From positions 1,736,001 through 1,800,000 of the forward strand of contig CM075981.1 of NCBI GenBank assembly GCA_038087875.1: DNA of 64,000 nt, in the 5' to 3' direction. Shown here in pieces: positions 62,416 to 64,000 of this stretch. Numbering within the stretch: position 1 is the first letter of the stretch; every line of letters starts with the position of its first letter. The translations under genes were made by a program, and so were the position numbers. This DNA comes from Malacoraja senta (taxonomy: Eukaryota). The notes below the pieces were generated by a model, which did no database searches, was not told the DNA's origin, and saw only the letters and a list, made by a program, of their open reading frames with translations.

Positions 62416-63460
62416 GCCACCCTTATATGCAAGGTCGTCTGGTACAGTGTAGGGCCTGTCCCACTTTGCGATTTTTTCGGCAACTGCGAACACCAGCGAC
62501 TGACGCCTGTAGTCGCCCTAAAAACCGTCAAGTTGTACGACACTGCGCGTCACCGTCACGTCAAGCTATGTACACGTGACAATAAAAGACCTTTGAAATG
62601 GCCTACCCCTTATTCTTAAACTGTGACCCCTGGTTCTGGACTCCCCCAACATCGGGAACATGTTTCCTGCATCTAGTCCAATCCCTTAAGAATTTTTATA
62701 TGTTAATAGACAATAGACAATATGATAATAGACAATAGACTATAGGTGCAGGAGTAGGCCATTCGGCCCTTCGGCCATTCAATGTGATCATGGCTGATCA
62801 TCCCCAATCAGTACCCCGTTCCTGCCTTCTCCCCATATCCCCTGACTCCACTATCTTTAAGAATCCTATCTAGCTCTCCTCTCGTCCTTCTAAATTCCAG
62901 TGAATATAAGCCCAGTCGATCCATTCTCTCGTCATATGTCAGTCACGTAGATGCAAGTAGAGAACGCAAAACTATTAAAATGATATTTCAATATTTATTT
63001 CCAAATATTCTCCATTAATTCTTCATGATAATCTGCAACACTCATTTCCAAACGGCTTTCCCAGCTGCCGTGGCTACCTCTTCAGTTCGGAACGAGTGTG
63101 TTATCAACGTATACAATGAATATTTACAATTACTTGAATTATTGGCGCTGCCGCTGAATTAGCCGTCGTGTTTGTGATTGCGAGTGATGGGTGGGTGGGG
63201 GGGGGGAGATTTGTAACTTAGGGAGGGGCGCACAGGGACGTCAAGCAGCCTGCGCAAAACCCACGCGGTTGGTTCCCCTGTCGAAGATGGAGTAATATTC
63301 TCCAATGAAGACATCGCCAAGAATCCACAGCTCCTCACTGCCTCCCAAAGACATGGAGGCGAAACCACTGGCGCAGCTGTCCTGGCCATTGTAGTCCCTC
63401 TGGAAGAAAACAGATCAAAGTTCAAAGTTCAAAAGGGTAAATGAATGTGTAGGAAGGAGC

Positions 63461-63931
63461 CAAAGATCCTATTCAAGGGTAATTTTCGGCCCCATTTCCG
63501 TAACCGGCATCCGTCTCCGCACCAAAGATCCCGTAGCGGAGCAAAGATAACTAGTGCGGAGACGGAAGCCGGTTACGGAAACATCCTGGTAAAAATCTTC
63601 TCCTCATTATCAGAATTATAATTTATCAACACAACCTGTTACCCCGCAACGTTGATTACACTGCGGGTCGGGTCGGGTCGGGTTACTGAAATGGATAAAA
63701 AAAAGGCCCACGTCCCGCTCCGTTGCGTACTACACGTCAGCCCATAGGAAGAAGGGTTTCGGCCTGAAACGTTGCCTATTTCCTTCGCTCCATAGATGCT
63801 GCTTCACCCGCTGAGTTTCTCCAGCATTTTTGTGTACCTTCGATTTTCCAGCATCTGCAGTTCCTTCTTTAACACAACAGCCCATTGCATTTAGCAGGAG
63901 TGGTCTATCTTGCTCCGCTATAGGATCTTTG
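63461..63931. mobile_element. hAT-type MITE containing a Penelope-derived insert (about 63746-63877)
   Basis: TIR caaagatcctat / ataggatctttg; 8-bp TSD gaaggagc / gaaggaac; internal (CGGGT)n. Confidence 0.7.
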
Positions 63932-64000
63932 GAAGGAACTGCAGATGCTGGTTTGCTCCGGAGTTTATCCCGATGTTATAGTATGTGCTTTGTGTGTTAA

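Noticed and set aside
63235-63437. Open plus-strand frame ending at AAGG|gtaaat, suggesting an exon
   Set aside because: No polypyrimidine acceptor and no recognisable protein; the end (caaagtt)n looks like a LINE tail remnant.
1-64000. Prokaryotic-type systems (CRISPR arrays, operons, rRNA)
   Set aside because: No repeat-spacer array or rRNA seen. The recombinase and MTase belong to eukaryotic DIRS elements, and the regular short repeats are LINE/SINE tails.

Overview
Vertebrate genomic DNA, most likely from a cartilaginous fish and probably a skate or ray. That is an inference from the repeats (V-SINE/HE1-like SINEs, CR1, Penelope, DeuSINE) and the receptor type; it was not searched against any database. 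The window holds one host gene on the + strand, reconstructed by hand from splice sites and phases. It is an Ig-superfamily receptor with exons V1(244-558), V2(5085-5399), C2a(7754-8074), V3(9327-9638), C2b(10835-11155), stalk(12446-12494), TM(18553-18641), cyt1(23978-24024) and cyt2(24443-24718). The V domains are CD300/CMRF35/pIgR-type, the C2 domains are FCRL/PECAM-like, and the tail has two ITIMs plus an ITSM. No leader exon was identified; it probably lies upstream of the window. A decayed fourth V exon sits at 31508-31802, inside local segmental duplications. Most of the remainder is transposable elements: many CR1 LINEs; two full-length-sized DIRS tyrosine-recombinase retrotransposons, both abutting the same position of a CR1 sequence; an L1-clade LINE whose ORF2 has a single frameshift; Penelope fragments carrying hammerhead-ribozyme cores; V-SINEs; and hAT and Harbinger MITEs. 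There is a 200-N assembly gap at 34100-34299. Most ORFs in the supplied track are TE fragments or antisense noise.
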